This document shows positions 1 through 8,704 of a stretch of DNA of 64,000 nt, in pieces (position 1 is the first letter of the stretch; each line of letters begins with the position of its first letter). The position numbers were made by a program, and so were the translations under genes. The notes below the pieces were generated by a model. It was not told the origin of the DNA. It did not search any database and saw nothing but the letters and a program-made list of their open reading frames with translations. Origin of the DNA: an uncultured Desulfospira sp. (lineage in GTDB: Bacteria > Desulfobacterota > Desulfobacteria > Desulfobacterales > Desulfobacteraceae); NCBI GenBank assembly GCA_963663165.1, contig OY760175.1:224001-288000 (forward strand). Direction: 5' to 3'.

Positions 1-1516
1 GGAGTTGAAAGGGAGTGGACAGACGATCTTCCAGCCACATGTAATCCAGCCACGGGCCGGACATGGTATCCCGGACTAAACGAATCAGGCCCCGTGCGCC
101 GGTATCTTCAATAATCCTGGCAAGCCGCTGCGAGTATCTGGCCAAAACGTTAAACATATGGCCCAGGCGCATCAAGGCATGATACCCTTTCATGACGTTC
201 CAATCATACGAAAAACAGTGCTCGTACTCATATCCATGATGTTTCTCAACGAGAATACCGGTTTCAATACACCAACGGGAACGGGCGGCTATGTTGCATC
301 GTTCGTGAAGATTAAATCTGTCCAAAGGTTCGCTGGACAACCACACATGACGACTATTTTTCTTTTCCGGTTGACCGCTTTCCCGGCTAACCTCTTTCCA
401 GCTCTCTTTGCATTCAACAACGTGCAGGATTTGACTTTTCTTGCCGTTCGGACCAAACCGGTAGTCAATGGCGTTGATCCACCGAAAAACCTGTTTCCTA
501 TTGCCCCATGTGTGTTGGTGGCAGTTTTCTGTATCGAGTGCGGCAAGCGTTTCAAATTCATTCATTACGCTGGGTAGAGCGTCATCTTTCAGTACAATCA
601 TGAACTGCCATTTGTTTGTTCGGCAAATTTCTGCCACGGGGCCCTTGGCATAAAGCCCATCCAAAAGCACCATAATTTTTAGGGCGGGAAATGCCGCCTT
701 CAGGCAAGAGGCTAACCGGTAAAACGCCTTGAGTTCGCAGTCCTGCTTATCATTAGCGGTATCTCCTTCGGTGTAGCTCAGGATTTCGCTTATCAGCGGA
801 ATGCTCATGCCATCGGAAAACGCAAGATTAGCTTCCAGAACATAGACATGATACTGTTTCCTGGTGCCATCCTCTTTCTTGATGTTACGTTCCAGGCACT
901 CTTCATCCCAAAGCCAGTCGCGTTTGAATTTACCTGTACCATCTATGGCAATCGGATAACAGCCATTGACCAGGTACCGTCGAAATTTCTTTTTCCGGAT
1001 CAGATCTCTGACCAGATCGAGATGAAGCTTCTTGATTTGATTGATATCAATCTTAGACAATAGGCGTTTTAACGTATCATGATGGGGAAGCGTTTCAAGC
1101 TCCGGGAAAAAATATTGAAGATTCTTCCAGAACATCGGCCGGCTCATTTCTTTGTTGGCCTCACGGCAAGAAGCCATCTGAAACACAAAGGTCAGTATCC
1201 CATAGATCATGAGTGTGGATATTTGGTGTTTTATCTTCTTAGGGTTTCGAGGGTCTTCAATCTTGGCCATACGTTTGAGCAGAATGGGCAGCTTAGCGCG
1301 AAAAATACTCATTTTCTCAGCCACGGCCTCATTGCGGATGCGCCCCTCCTGTTCTACACTTTCATATCGGCATTTGCAGTTAGAAATTGTGCCATGAGAG
1401 GGCGGCTGAAATCCCCTGGCCTCTTCATCCCGACGTAATTTTCTCTGCTCCTTTTTAAACTGCTTTCTTTTGGCCTTTATCTCCTCACGATTGGGGCGTC
1501 GGATAGGCTTGCTCAT
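1..1516 (-). CDS. DDE transposase (ISAs1/ISNCY-like), 3' end outside window
   Basis: Reverse complement of 14349-15864 apart from a few substitutions; start overlaps the DUF4338 stop. Confidence 0.88.
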   Translation of the reverse strand, partial: MSKPIRRPNREEIKAKRKQFKKEQRKLRRDEEARGFQPPSHGTISNCKCRYESVEQEGRIRNEAVAEKMSIFRAKLPILLKRMAKIEDPRNPKKIKHQISTLMIYGILTFVFQMASCREANKEMSRPMFWKNLQYFFPELETLPHHDTLKRLLSKIDINQIKKLHLDLVRDLIRKKKFRRYLVNGCYPIAIDGTGKFKRDWLWDEECLERNIKKEDGTRKQYHVYVLEANLAFSDGMSIPLISEILSYTEGDTANDKQDCELKAFYRLASCLKAAFPALKIMVLLDGLYAKGPVAEICRTNKWQFMIVLKDDALPSVMNEFETLAALDTENCHQHTWGNRKQVFRWINAIDYRFGPNGKKSQILHVVECKESWKEVSRESGQPEKKNSRHVWLSSEPLDRFNLHERCNIAARSRWCIETGILVEKHHGYEYEHCFSYDWNVMKGYHALMRLGHMFNVLARYSQRLARIIEDTGARGLIRLVRDTMSGPWLDYMWLEDRLSTPFQL

Positions 1517-2388
1517 CCGATCTGCCTCAAAACCTGACGGAAATTATTCACCAGCGGATAAACGAAGATTTTTTTGGGACTGGTCCTGTAACTTCTACCC
1601 TGCCGGACAAGCCCCTTTCCGCTGGTCATGCCAAGGTGTCTAAAATTGGCCGCCCGATAGCACGTCCCATCGAAGTGTTGTGGGTCGACAAAGGTCTCCA
1701 GCAAAGCCGGCCGATACCCCCAGCTCCGCTCCCAGTCTTGCACCAGATCTCTGACAATTTTACCCAATACGTGACTTGCCAGATACCGGACCTTGACCCA
1801 CGGAAAAATCAGGAAGCGTCCATTGTTTACAACAAATCCCAAGTTTCTTAAGCGTTCGTTGGTGCTCCAGCCGATCCATCGATCCCTCGGGGTCAGCGCC
1901 TTGGCCGCCCCTGAGAACAGCATACATCCCAATATGCGCTCTTGAGCTTGTATCAAATAACGCAGATGACATCCGAACGGCCGCTTGTAGCCAAGATAAT
2001 GGTAACGGTGCAGGTATTCATTAACCAGTGAGCGTTCTTCCGTGTCTTGTGCGACCCTGACAACGATCGGCCCGATATCCGAAAGCGTGCCCGCTACCTT
2101 ATCTTGGGGCTGGGTCCTGTCGTCCGCTACCGGCAGTTTCTGTTGAGAGCCCTTTATGGGACCGAGTTTCTCTTTTTCAGGCAACCGTATGAGACCTTGG
2201 GACTCCAGTCGCAGAAGCAATTTCCGGCAGGCATCCACCTTGTTCCTACCAGAAGCGGTATACCAGCCCAAATGTTCGCATATTGTATGAGCCAGTTCAG
2301 TCTGACTCAAATTCGAAAAGGTCTCTACTGTCTCGCAAATCTGTATAAGCTCTTCGTCTTTAATTTTCCGGCCACATTGGACAATCAC
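1513..2388 (-). CDS. DUF4338 (DruA-family) protein, IS passenger
   Basis: Motifs RYHYLG, RDRWIGW, NNGRFLIFPW, LETFVDP..F.GTCYRAANF; protein identical to 13477-14352. Confidence 0.88.
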   Translation of the reverse strand: MIVQCGRKIKDEELIQICETVETFSNLSQTELAHTICEHLGWYTASGRNKVDACRKLLLRLESQGLIRLPEKEKLGPIKGSQQKLPVADDRTQPQDKVAGTLSDIGPIVVRVAQDTEERSLVNEYLHRYHYLGYKRPFGCHLRYLIQAQERILGCMLFSGAAKALTPRDRWIGWSTNERLRNLGFVVNNGRFLIFPWVKVRYLASHVLGKIVRDLVQDWERSWGYRPALLETFVDPQHFDGTCYRAANFRHLGMTSGKGLVRQGRSYRTSPKKIFVYPLVNNFRQVLRQIG

Positions 2389-2547
2389 GACATCCTCCTC
2401 TTCAAATGTAGTGTCTCGATTGGGGGGGCGCTCATTCGTACCCTATGCTACATTATCAAAAGGCCGAAATTTTGTCTATTTAAATTTTGCGACAAAATAA
2501 TTTTGGATATCGAGCTGCGTCATTGATATCATTGACTATAAATTTTC

Positions 2548-2943
2548 ATGCGTCAGCACTGTGTCTGGGTTCCGAAATACCGTTTTCGGATATTGGGCGG
2601 TGAAATAGGGAGAGAGGTTGAGAACTGCATCAGAGCTTTTGCTGAACAAAAAAGTTGTGAGGTCGTGGAGTTGAATGTTCAAATAGACCATGTTCATCTG
2701 TTGGTCAAAGTACCACCCAAACTATCAATCTCGGATTTCATGGGCATTGTTAAAGGCCGGACGGCGATACGGGTTTTTAATAAATTCAAGAATCTGAAGA
2801 AAAGGCCCTATTGGGGTAATAAGTTTTGGGCACGCGGATATTGTGTTGATACAGTTGGCCTTGACGCTGATATGATACGAAAGTATGTGAAATATCAAGA
2901 ACGAAAAGAAAAACGAGCCGAACAGTTAGATCTGTTTAGCTAA
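2548..2943 (+). pseudogene. tnpA: IS200/IS605-family Y1 transposase TnpA, 5' end interrupted by the DUF4338-IS
   Basis: VWVPKYR, HUH motif DHVHL, FWARGY and IRKYVKYQ. The first codons (MRQH plus part of C) come from the other element's IR. Confidence 0.85.
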
Positions 2944-2962
2944 AATTAAAACGGGACGCTTC

Positions 2963-3043
2963 CCTTGCCCCCTCAGGGGGCAAGGCATACTAACCCCTTT
3001 TAGGGGTTCCCAAAGCCTGGCCCTCTGGGCCAGGATATTTACT
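2963..3043 (+). repeat. IS200-type right-end hairpin cluster
   Basis: Three palindromes right after tnpA: CCTTGCCCCCTCAGGGGGCAAGG (2963-2985), AACCCCTTTTAGGGGTT (2992-3008), CCTGGCCCTCTGGGCCAGG (3016-3034), followed by ATATTTACT. Confidence 0.75.
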
Positions 3044-3152
3044 GGCATGAACTGACATGTATCCAATTTTTCCGTTTTTCATGCTGCATTGAATACTCTG
3101 CCCTCCCAAAAAAAGCTGGACTCCTGGCTCATGAAAGGTTATATAGATTTGC

Positions 3153-4025
3153 ATGAGCAGGACTTTAACCATTCAAGGACGTGAATTTTCAGAAGTTGAT
3201 ATACAAACGATACGCCATTTGATTAACGACAATCCCGCCTGGCACCGCACTCGTTTATCCAAAGAATTGTGTGCTCGCTGGGATTGGCGCACGGAAAAAG
3301 GTCTGCTCAAGGACATGGCCTGTCGAAGCATGCTGAGAAAACTTGAGCAAAAAGGGATGGTCACACTTCCCGTTGCCCGTCATAGCGGTAACCGTCAGCG
3401 GCGTATTCCCGATGTCCCCCATGATTGTAAGCCGATAGAAACCACTTTGCGTAAGATCCGCCCGATACAATTGATACCGGTATCGGGCCGTGGAGATATT
3501 GATGATTTATTCCATTGCCTTATGGATCGATATCATTACCTTGGGTGTAAAGGGTATGTCGGAGAACATATGAAGTATATGGCTTTTGATCGCAATTCTC
3601 GTCCGGTTGCCTGCCTGCTTTTTGGCTCAGCAGCATGGAAAACGGCCCCTCGTGACCGATTCATCGGTTGGGATAGGTCGGCTCGTCGCAGGAACCTGCA
3701 TATGACGACCAACAATACCCGATTTTTGATTTTGCCATGGATTCGAATTCCCCATCTTGCCAGTCATATTCTGGGTTCATGTCTTAGGCGGCTGAGCCGG
3801 GACTGGACAGCTAAATATGGTCACGATATCTGTCTGGTAGAAACTTTCGTGGATCGATCACGCTTTGCCGGAACTTGCTACCAGGCGGCAAATTGGCAAA
3901 AAATTGGTCAAAGCAAAGGGCGAAGCCGTCAAGACAGGCACCACAGACTTCAGGTGCCGATAAAAGACATCTATGTATACCCGTTGACTTCCAATTATAA
4001 AAAGCAGCTATGCACACAACCTTGA
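3153..4025 (+). CDS. DUF4338 (DruA-family) protein, divergent homologue of 1513-2388
   Basis: RYHYLG, RDRFIGW, NNTRFLILPW, VETFVD..RF.GTCYQAANW motifs. Confidence 0.88.
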   Translation: MSRTLTIQGREFSEVDIQTIRHLINDNPAWHRTRLSKELCARWDWRTEKGLLKDMACRSMLRKLEQKGMVTLPVARHSGNRQRRIPDVPHDCKPIETTLRKIRPIQLIPVSGRGDIDDLFHCLMDRYHYLGCKGYVGEHMKYMAFDRNSRPVACLLFGSAAWKTAPRDRFIGWDRSARRRNLHMTTNNTRFLILPWIRIPHLASHILGSCLRRLSRDWTAKYGHDICLVETFVDRSRFAGTCYQAANWQKIGQSKGRSRQDRHHRLQVPIKDIYVYPLTSNYKKQLCTQP

Positions 4026-4082
4026 GGGTTTCAGTCATCGAAATGACAGGTAATTTTTCAACCTGCAATTCGAGGACTGATC

Positions 4083-5483
4083 ATGAAACTTGCTTCCACT
4101 ATAAGGGATATTCGAACCCTTCTAACAAAAGCCGTAGCTGATTTCCAAAACCATCAAAATGCTAATATCCTGTGTGAGCAGGTACGGAACGGCCTCTTCA
4201 TTATTGTGGAAGCATTTCTGGTTCCCGTCATTGAAAAGGCACTGTCTGACCCGGATCTTTTATCTGAACTGAAAATTGGTGCCGGTAAAAAGGGACTGCG
4301 TTTCAACGGATACCGCCCCAGCAGCATTCGATTATTGACAGGAACTACCCTGAGCATCCGATCCCCTTACTTTTCAAAAGTTGTTTCCAAACAACGGCCA
4401 GGCCCTAAAACAAAAAAACGACAAAAGGGGACAGGCCGCCATTTTGGGCTTGATTACCTTGGTTTTATCGGCAGGTGTTCAACGCTGTTCGCTTCGTCGG
4501 TGGTCCATGCAGCATTGCTCTGTCCCTCTTTTGAAATTGCCCGAAGATCCCTGGAAAACCATGCAATCAACTTAAATGTCAAAACCATACGCCGCATAAC
4601 AATGAATCTTGCACAGGAAGCTATGCCCCTGCGTGGCCGGGTATCTTTTGGAGATACTGATCGCGTTGGTGGCAAAACGGTTCTGGTTTGTATCGACGGC
4701 GGTCGCCTTCGAGAACGGAGGCCAAAACGGGGACGTAAATCAAAAGGCCAAAAGCGGCAGGGATATCATGCTGAATGGAAAGAACCCATTCAGTTTGTCA
4801 TACATATTGTCGATCCGGACGGCACAATATCCAAAAAACACTTGCCGGTTTATGATGCCACAATGGGCGGTATTGATGCCGCTTTTGATATTCTTGAGAT
4901 CTACTTGCGTGAATTAGATATTCCCAAAGCCAAGCGTGTTGTTTTCTGCTGTGACGGTGCACGTAGCTATTGGAAGCGAACAGGCCCGCTGGCCAAACGG
5001 CTTGAAATCGAATCCTATTATGAGGTAATCGACTACACCCATGCAAAACAGAATTTACATGAAATCGTGGACAAATTGCCAAAGAGAATCCCTATAAAAG
5101 AAAGAAACCGGATAGCAGAATCTTGGAAGAACCTCCTTTGGGATGGCAGATTCAAAGACCTTAGAAAAGAAATTGTAAAACACATTACGTACCCTAAAAG
5201 GCGCATAGAAGCACTATCCAAATTTAAAAGTTACTTCGTGAAAAATCGAAACAGAATGCAGTATCGCCAGTTCCGCAGCCTGAAAATACCTACTGGCAGC
5301 GGCTGTGTTGAAAGTGCAATACGTCGGGTTATAAATCTCAGAATGAAATCACCGGGTATATTCTGGAAACCGGAAACATCCGAATCAATGTTGTTCTTAA
5401 GGAGTCAGCTCCTTTCCGGGAGGTGGAACATCTTGACTGACAATATCTTCATACAAATTCGGTCACTTTGCTTAGGCCACTAA
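4083..5483 (+). CDS. DDE transposase, ISKra4/ISLre2 (UPF0236)-like
   Basis: VCIDGG, CCDGA..YW, IDYTHA, TGSGCVESA..R.K..G.FW motifs. Confidence 0.82.
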   Translation: MKLASTIRDIRTLLTKAVADFQNHQNANILCEQVRNGLFIIVEAFLVPVIEKALSDPDLLSELKIGAGKKGLRFNGYRPSSIRLLTGTTLSIRSPYFSKVVSKQRPGPKTKKRQKGTGRHFGLDYLGFIGRCSTLFASSVVHAALLCPSFEIARRSLENHAINLNVKTIRRITMNLAQEAMPLRGRVSFGDTDRVGGKTVLVCIDGGRLRERRPKRGRKSKGQKRQGYHAEWKEPIQFVIHIVDPDGTISKKHLPVYDATMGGIDAAFDILEIYLRELDIPKAKRVVFCCDGARSYWKRTGPLAKRLEIESYYEVIDYTHAKQNLHEIVDKLPKRIPIKERNRIAESWKNLLWDGRFKDLRKEIVKHITYPKRRIEALSKFKSYFVKNRNRMQYRQFRSLKIPTGSGCVESAIRRVINLRMKSPGIFWKPETSESMLFLRSQLLSGRWNILTDNIFIQIRSLCLGH

Positions 5484-6208
5484 ATGGGAATGCACCCCCT
5501 TTGATTGTATTTTCCTGGGAAATTTCCATTTTCGACATTTTTTATTATCTCTTTTGCATTAGATATATCCCTCCTAAAGGTCCTTATAACAGCGTCATCG
5601 TCGCCACTTCGATTTGGATCTATCTTATTTATAATGGCTTTTATAGTTAATCCCTCCTGCTTTAAATCAAAAATTTTAAGGTATCGCTCGATTTCATCAT
5701 AGCGAATGACTTTTTTTCTATATTTTGCAATTTCGTCTTGGATTATTTTTAGAACCTTTGGTTTTGCCATTCTGTATGGCTCAATAACAAATGCCCAGTT
5801 CTTTCTAAATTTTGTCTGTGAGTCATCAAAAAGGAAATTTTTAAATTCTTGTATCGTTGGATCTCTACCTAATGTGCGTTTAAGGAAGCATATGCTACCA
5901 TCAATTTCTTCTTTCAGGTAATCATCATATTGCCGAATACACATTTTCTGTTGAGCTTTTTCGTTATTTTTAAAACAACTTATTTTATATTCATACCATT
6001 CTTCAAAAGTAAGCTGATGGATATCTAAATTGTGTAGATAGGTATAAACAATTTTTGTACAAGATTGAGGGTGATTGGGATTTATGAATTTATCAGGAAG
6101 GGGTTTGTCAGTCCGCATATGTTCACAGAGTTCTCGATAGTTTTCGCTCCGATGTAAATATTCCCACCATAACTTATAAAATTGTTTAGGATAGTCTGAA
6201 TGTCTCAT
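5480..6208 (-). CDS. Hypothetical island regulator, DUF6499/DUF2285-like; last residues derive from the IS end
   Basis: N-terminal WWEYLHRSENYR resembles the DUF6499 WEFLRRNxxY motif; C-terminal HTH-like YLKIFDLK..G.TI..I; C-terminal GCIPI is encoded by the ISKra4-like IR. Confidence 0.55.
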   Translation of the reverse strand: MRHSDYPKQFYKLWWEYLHRSENYRELCEHMRTDKPLPDKFINPNHPQSCTKIVYTYLHNLDIHQLTFEEWYEYKISCFKNNEKAQQKMCIRQYDDYLKEEIDGSICFLKRTLGRDPTIQEFKNFLFDDSQTKFRKNWAFVIEPYRMAKPKVLKIIQDEIAKYRKKVIRYDEIERYLKIFDLKQEGLTIKAIINKIDPNRSGDDDAVIRTFRRDISNAKEIIKNVENGNFPGKYNQRGCIPI

Positions 6209-6211
6209 CTT

Positions 6212-6308
6212 ATAACCCCTGCATGATCCCTGATTAAAGAACCCTGGGAAAGACGGTTCAGGGAAGCCGCCTTTTCAACCCCGGTGATCAGCCGGGATCT
6301 ATCCCAGG
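6212..6308 (-). ncRNA. Candidate three-way-junction cis-regulatory RNA upstream of 5480-6208
   Basis: Closing stem CCTGGGA/TCCCAGG (6302-6308 with 6243-6249). Hairpin CCCGG-CTGATCA-CCGGG. Hairpin AAAGGCGG-CTTCCCTGAA-CCGTCTTT, whose loop is complementary to TCAGGGA just before the RBS. Confidence 0.55.
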
Positions 6309-6317
6309 AAGACAGAA

Positions 6318-6542
6318 TTATTCAAAGGCTTTCCGGTCTATGCCGGATTGCCTGATAATTGAAAGCAGGGTCCCCTTTTTCAGTTCCTTGTGGTCAGGAA
6401 CCGGAACGGTGATGGTGGACCCTTCAATTTTCTTTTGCATAATCACATGACTGCCTTTTTGACGGATTTCTTCAAATCCATGGGCAGACAATATTGAACA
6501 GGTTTCCTTTCCAGATAAGACCCGCAGCTTAACCAACGGCAA
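6318..6542 (-). CDS. hicA: HicA-family toxin
   Basis: GF..IRQKGSH and VPVPDHKELKKGTL.SI.RQ motifs. Confidence 0.88.
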   Translation of the reverse strand: MPLVKLRVLSGKETCSILSAHGFEEIRQKGSHVIMQKKIEGSTITVPVPDHKELKKGTLLSIIRQSGIDRKAFE

Positions 6543-6750
6543 CCTCCATCTGGGTGATGTAAATTTCCCCTTTAAGCCGGGTTTCTATTTCTTCCGGGGA
6601 TGCACATTCAAAAAATAATTCAAGGGCTTCCTGCAAATTCCCCCTTGCCTCAGCAACGGTTTCCCCCTGGCTGGCTATGTCCAGTTCCGGACACAAGGAA
6701 ACGTAGCCGGTCCCCTCTTTTTCAATGATTGCTGTAAGAAATTTTTTCAT
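6529..6750 (-). CDS. hicB: HicB-family antitoxin (short form)
   Basis: YVSLCPELDIASQGETVAEA..NLQEALELF motif; overlaps hicA. Confidence 0.88.
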   Translation of the reverse strand: MKKFLTAIIEKEGTGYVSLCPELDIASQGETVAEARGNLQEALELFFECASPEEIETRLKGEIYITQMEVAVG

Positions 6751-6770
6751 GTGTTGAGTATCCTTTTAAT

Positions 6771-7010
6771 TTAAATTGGCTCCAGGCTGATTTTCAACCG
6801 GCAGCCTACAGCTTTGGCGTATTTTCGCAAAAGGTTTATAGATGGTGACTGGTTAGGTCCCCATCCGCCATGTTCAATTCTTGTCAATACAAGAAGTTTA
6901 GTGTCCATGTCCTTTGCAACATCTTCCTTGGTCAGACCTGCCCTTTTCCTTGCTTTAACCAATTCATTAAGAAAGGTTAATTCTTCACCAACGATATCAT
7001 CTTCCTTCAT
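6771..7010 (-). CDS. XRE-family HTH protein (antitoxin-like, no cognate toxin adjacent)
   Basis: ARKRAGLT..DVA..M.T......RIE.G...PS...LRKYAKAVG. Confidence 0.75.
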   Translation of the reverse strand: MKEDDIVGEELTFLNELVKARKRAGLTKEDVAKDMDTKLLVLTRIEHGGWGPNQSPSINLLRKYAKAVGCRLKISLEPI

Positions 7011-7017
7011 AAAAGAA

Positions 7018-8259
7018 TCACCTCATGTTCACCACATTGCTCTTTGCATGAGATTTTTCCTTAAATACTTTCTCCATGGTCACCGCCGCCTTTCTGTTCC
7101 GATCCGGGGCAAGGTGGGCGTATCTCTCTGTCATGGTCAGGGTGGCATGGCCTAAAAGTTCTTTTACATCATAAAGACTGATGCCATTCATAACCAGCCA
7201 GCTTGCAAAGGTATGGCGCAGGGTATGGAATGTTACCCGTTGTTTACGGTCCGCGATACCATCGTTTAGCCCGGCTTTGTCCACGGCCCTCATGAATGAT
7301 TTTGAAACCTTTACTATTTTTCCCCCACCTCTGGCCTGAAAGACCAAATCATTTTTAAGGCCCGTATCGCGGTCTCTGAAAACGGCTTTAACATCGGCGG
7401 TCATAGATACAGTCCGGGTTTTACCCGATTTGGTGTTGATATCCAGCAGGGTGACTAAGTCATGCTCAAAGTCAATATCCTTCCAGGTGAGGGAGAAAAT
7501 CTCCCCGGCCCGTAATCCACAATGAAGTGATAACAGGGCCATTTCATACATCTGCCGACTTGCCTTTTCAAGTAAGCCCAAAAGGGTATGGGCCTCATCA
7601 TGGGATAGGAATCTAACCCGTTTATTGTCGTATTTCGGCTTTTTTACCTTAGTAGTGGGGATGTCCCCCTGGAAAAATTCTAGCCGTTCTGCGTGCCGGA
7701 ATATCTGTCCCAAGGTGGTTAAAGCATACTCAACCGTCCGGGGGGCTCTACCTGCTTTTGCCATTTTCTTTTTAAGACGTTCCAGATCAAAGGTTGATAC
7801 ATCCTTGAATGGTTTATCGCCCATGACAGGATCAATCCACAAGCGGAAGAGTATTTCTTCTGTGGCAGCGACCTTCTCTTTCTTCTCCTGTGATATGGAT
7901 GGATAATAGATCTGTTTAAAATAGGTGCCCACAGGCATGCTGTCCTTTGCTTCCTGCTCTTGACGTTTTTGTTCTTGGAGTTCTTTTTCTTTTCGTTCTT
8001 CGTCAGATTTAACTTGCTTAGTCCTATGGGTTTCAATTCCCGCCCCGGCCTTTGCCTCTTCTTTCAACTCATTCATCCGGACAATAGCCTTGTCAAGCGT
8101 CCATCCGTCAGACGCCCACCCAAGCGCCGAATTTATTCGTTTGCCGTTGAACTGAAAACGGCAAGTGAAATAAATATCAGGTTTAACCCCGTGCTTTCTA
8201 ATTGGGTGTTTTTTGATCCGGATACCTTTGTGAACCACTTCCCATTTTTCTTTTGCCAT
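7018..8259 (-). CDS. int: Tyrosine recombinase / phage-type integrase
   Basis: Catalytic set intact: GLR.GEI, TKSG, HTLRH, LLGH, TERY. Probable start ATG 8259 (MAKEKW) after a G-rich RBS. Confidence 0.93.
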   Translation of the reverse strand: MAKEKWEVVHKGIRIKKHPIRKHGVKPDIYFTCRFQFNGKRINSALGWASDGWTLDKAIVRMNELKEEAKAGAGIETHRTKQVKSDEERKEKELQEQKRQEQEAKDSMPVGTYFKQIYYPSISQEKKEKVAATEEILFRLWIDPVMGDKPFKDVSTFDLERLKKKMAKAGRAPRTVEYALTTLGQIFRHAERLEFFQGDIPTTKVKKPKYDNKRVRFLSHDEAHTLLGLLEKASRQMYEMALLSLHCGLRAGEIFSLTWKDIDFEHDLVTLLDINTKSGKTRTVSMTADVKAVFRDRDTGLKNDLVFQARGGGKIVKVSKSFMRAVDKAGLNDGIADRKQRVTFHTLRHTFASWLVMNGISLYDVKELLGHATLTMTERYAHLAPDRNRKAAVTMEKVFKEKSHAKSNVVNMR

Positions 8260-8278
8260 TATTTGCCCCCCTAAATTC

Positions 8279-8302
8279 TTTGCCCACTTTTTGCCCACTT
8301 TT
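8279..8302. repeat. Tandem direct repeat TTTGCCCACTT x2, probable integrase arm-type sites
   Basis: Lies between the int start and the att core, the usual place for arm sites. Confidence 0.55.
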
Positions 8303-8427
8303 GAGCTGAAATAAGGTGTTTTCATATGAAAATAAGTGAAAGTAGGATACTGCCAAAAAGGGATAATGTCAAGTAATATCAATGCGTTTGTGTGGTTTTA
8401 TGAAAATATGTGAAAGTGTTAAAAACA

Positions 8428-8474
8428 GACTACGAATCAAGGGGTCGGACGTTCGAATCGTCTCGGGCGCGCCA
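8428..8474 (+). other. att site: 3' half of tRNA-Arg(ACG), not an intact tRNA
   Basis: GACTACGAATC anticodon arm, GGACGTTCGAATCGTCT T-arm and CGGGCGCGCCA acceptor 3' end. Upstream is AT-rich with no D-arm or 5' acceptor strand. Confidence 0.88.
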
Positions 8475-8482
8475 TAAACGAT

Positions 8483-8517
8483 AAGGGTTTTCAGCTTTTT
8501 GGTTGAAACCCTTTTTT
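8483..8517 (+). terminator. Intrinsic terminator downstream of the tRNA fragment
   Basis: AAGGGTTTTCAGC...GGTTGAAACCCTT followed by a T-run. Confidence 0.7.
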
Positions 8518-8704
8518 GTTGAAAATTCATTTTTCCCCCACATGGCCATGACAGGCCATCAATCCGGTATTCGTTTTTTTTACTTCATATGGTATGACTG
8601 GATTTAGGTTTAGATGAACCGGTGCCGACCAACCCCATTGAATCAATGTAAAGGGAATTAATCAGCCTACCGCTTGTTTGAAAGCAAAAACTGGATGGGT
8701 TAAC

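Larger units (their letters stand above)
1..2561 (-). mobile_element. IS element (DUF4338 + DDE transposase), copy 1, cut by window edge
   Basis: Near-identical reverse complement of 13302-16080. Terminal IR TTCATGCGTCAGCACTG at 2545-2561. Inserted in the IS200 tnpA. Confidence 0.93.
3044..5497 (+). mobile_element. ISKra4-like IS carrying a DUF4338 gene; left IR not seen in window
   Basis: DUF4338 + transposase followed by TAAATGGGAATGCACCC (5481-5497), resembling ISKra4-type ends. No matching left IR in 2944-3152. Confidence 0.65.
1..8474. mobile_element. Right part of an integrative element (genomic island) inserted in tRNA-Arg(ACG); left boundary outside window
   Basis: Tyrosine integrase (7018-8259) sits next to a 3'-half tRNA copy (8428-8474). 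Cargo is AT-richer and includes TA genes and ISs. Ordinary chromosomal genes resume after 8.7 kb. Confidence 0.8.

Noticed and set aside
2548..3152. IS605-type element with TnpB/omega RNA
   Set aside because: tnpA is followed directly by end hairpins, and no RuvC/zinc-finger ORF is present.
8400..8474. Intact tRNA-Arg gene
   Set aside because: Only the anticodon arm to CCA is present; there is no 5' acceptor strand or D-arm. Treated as an att site.
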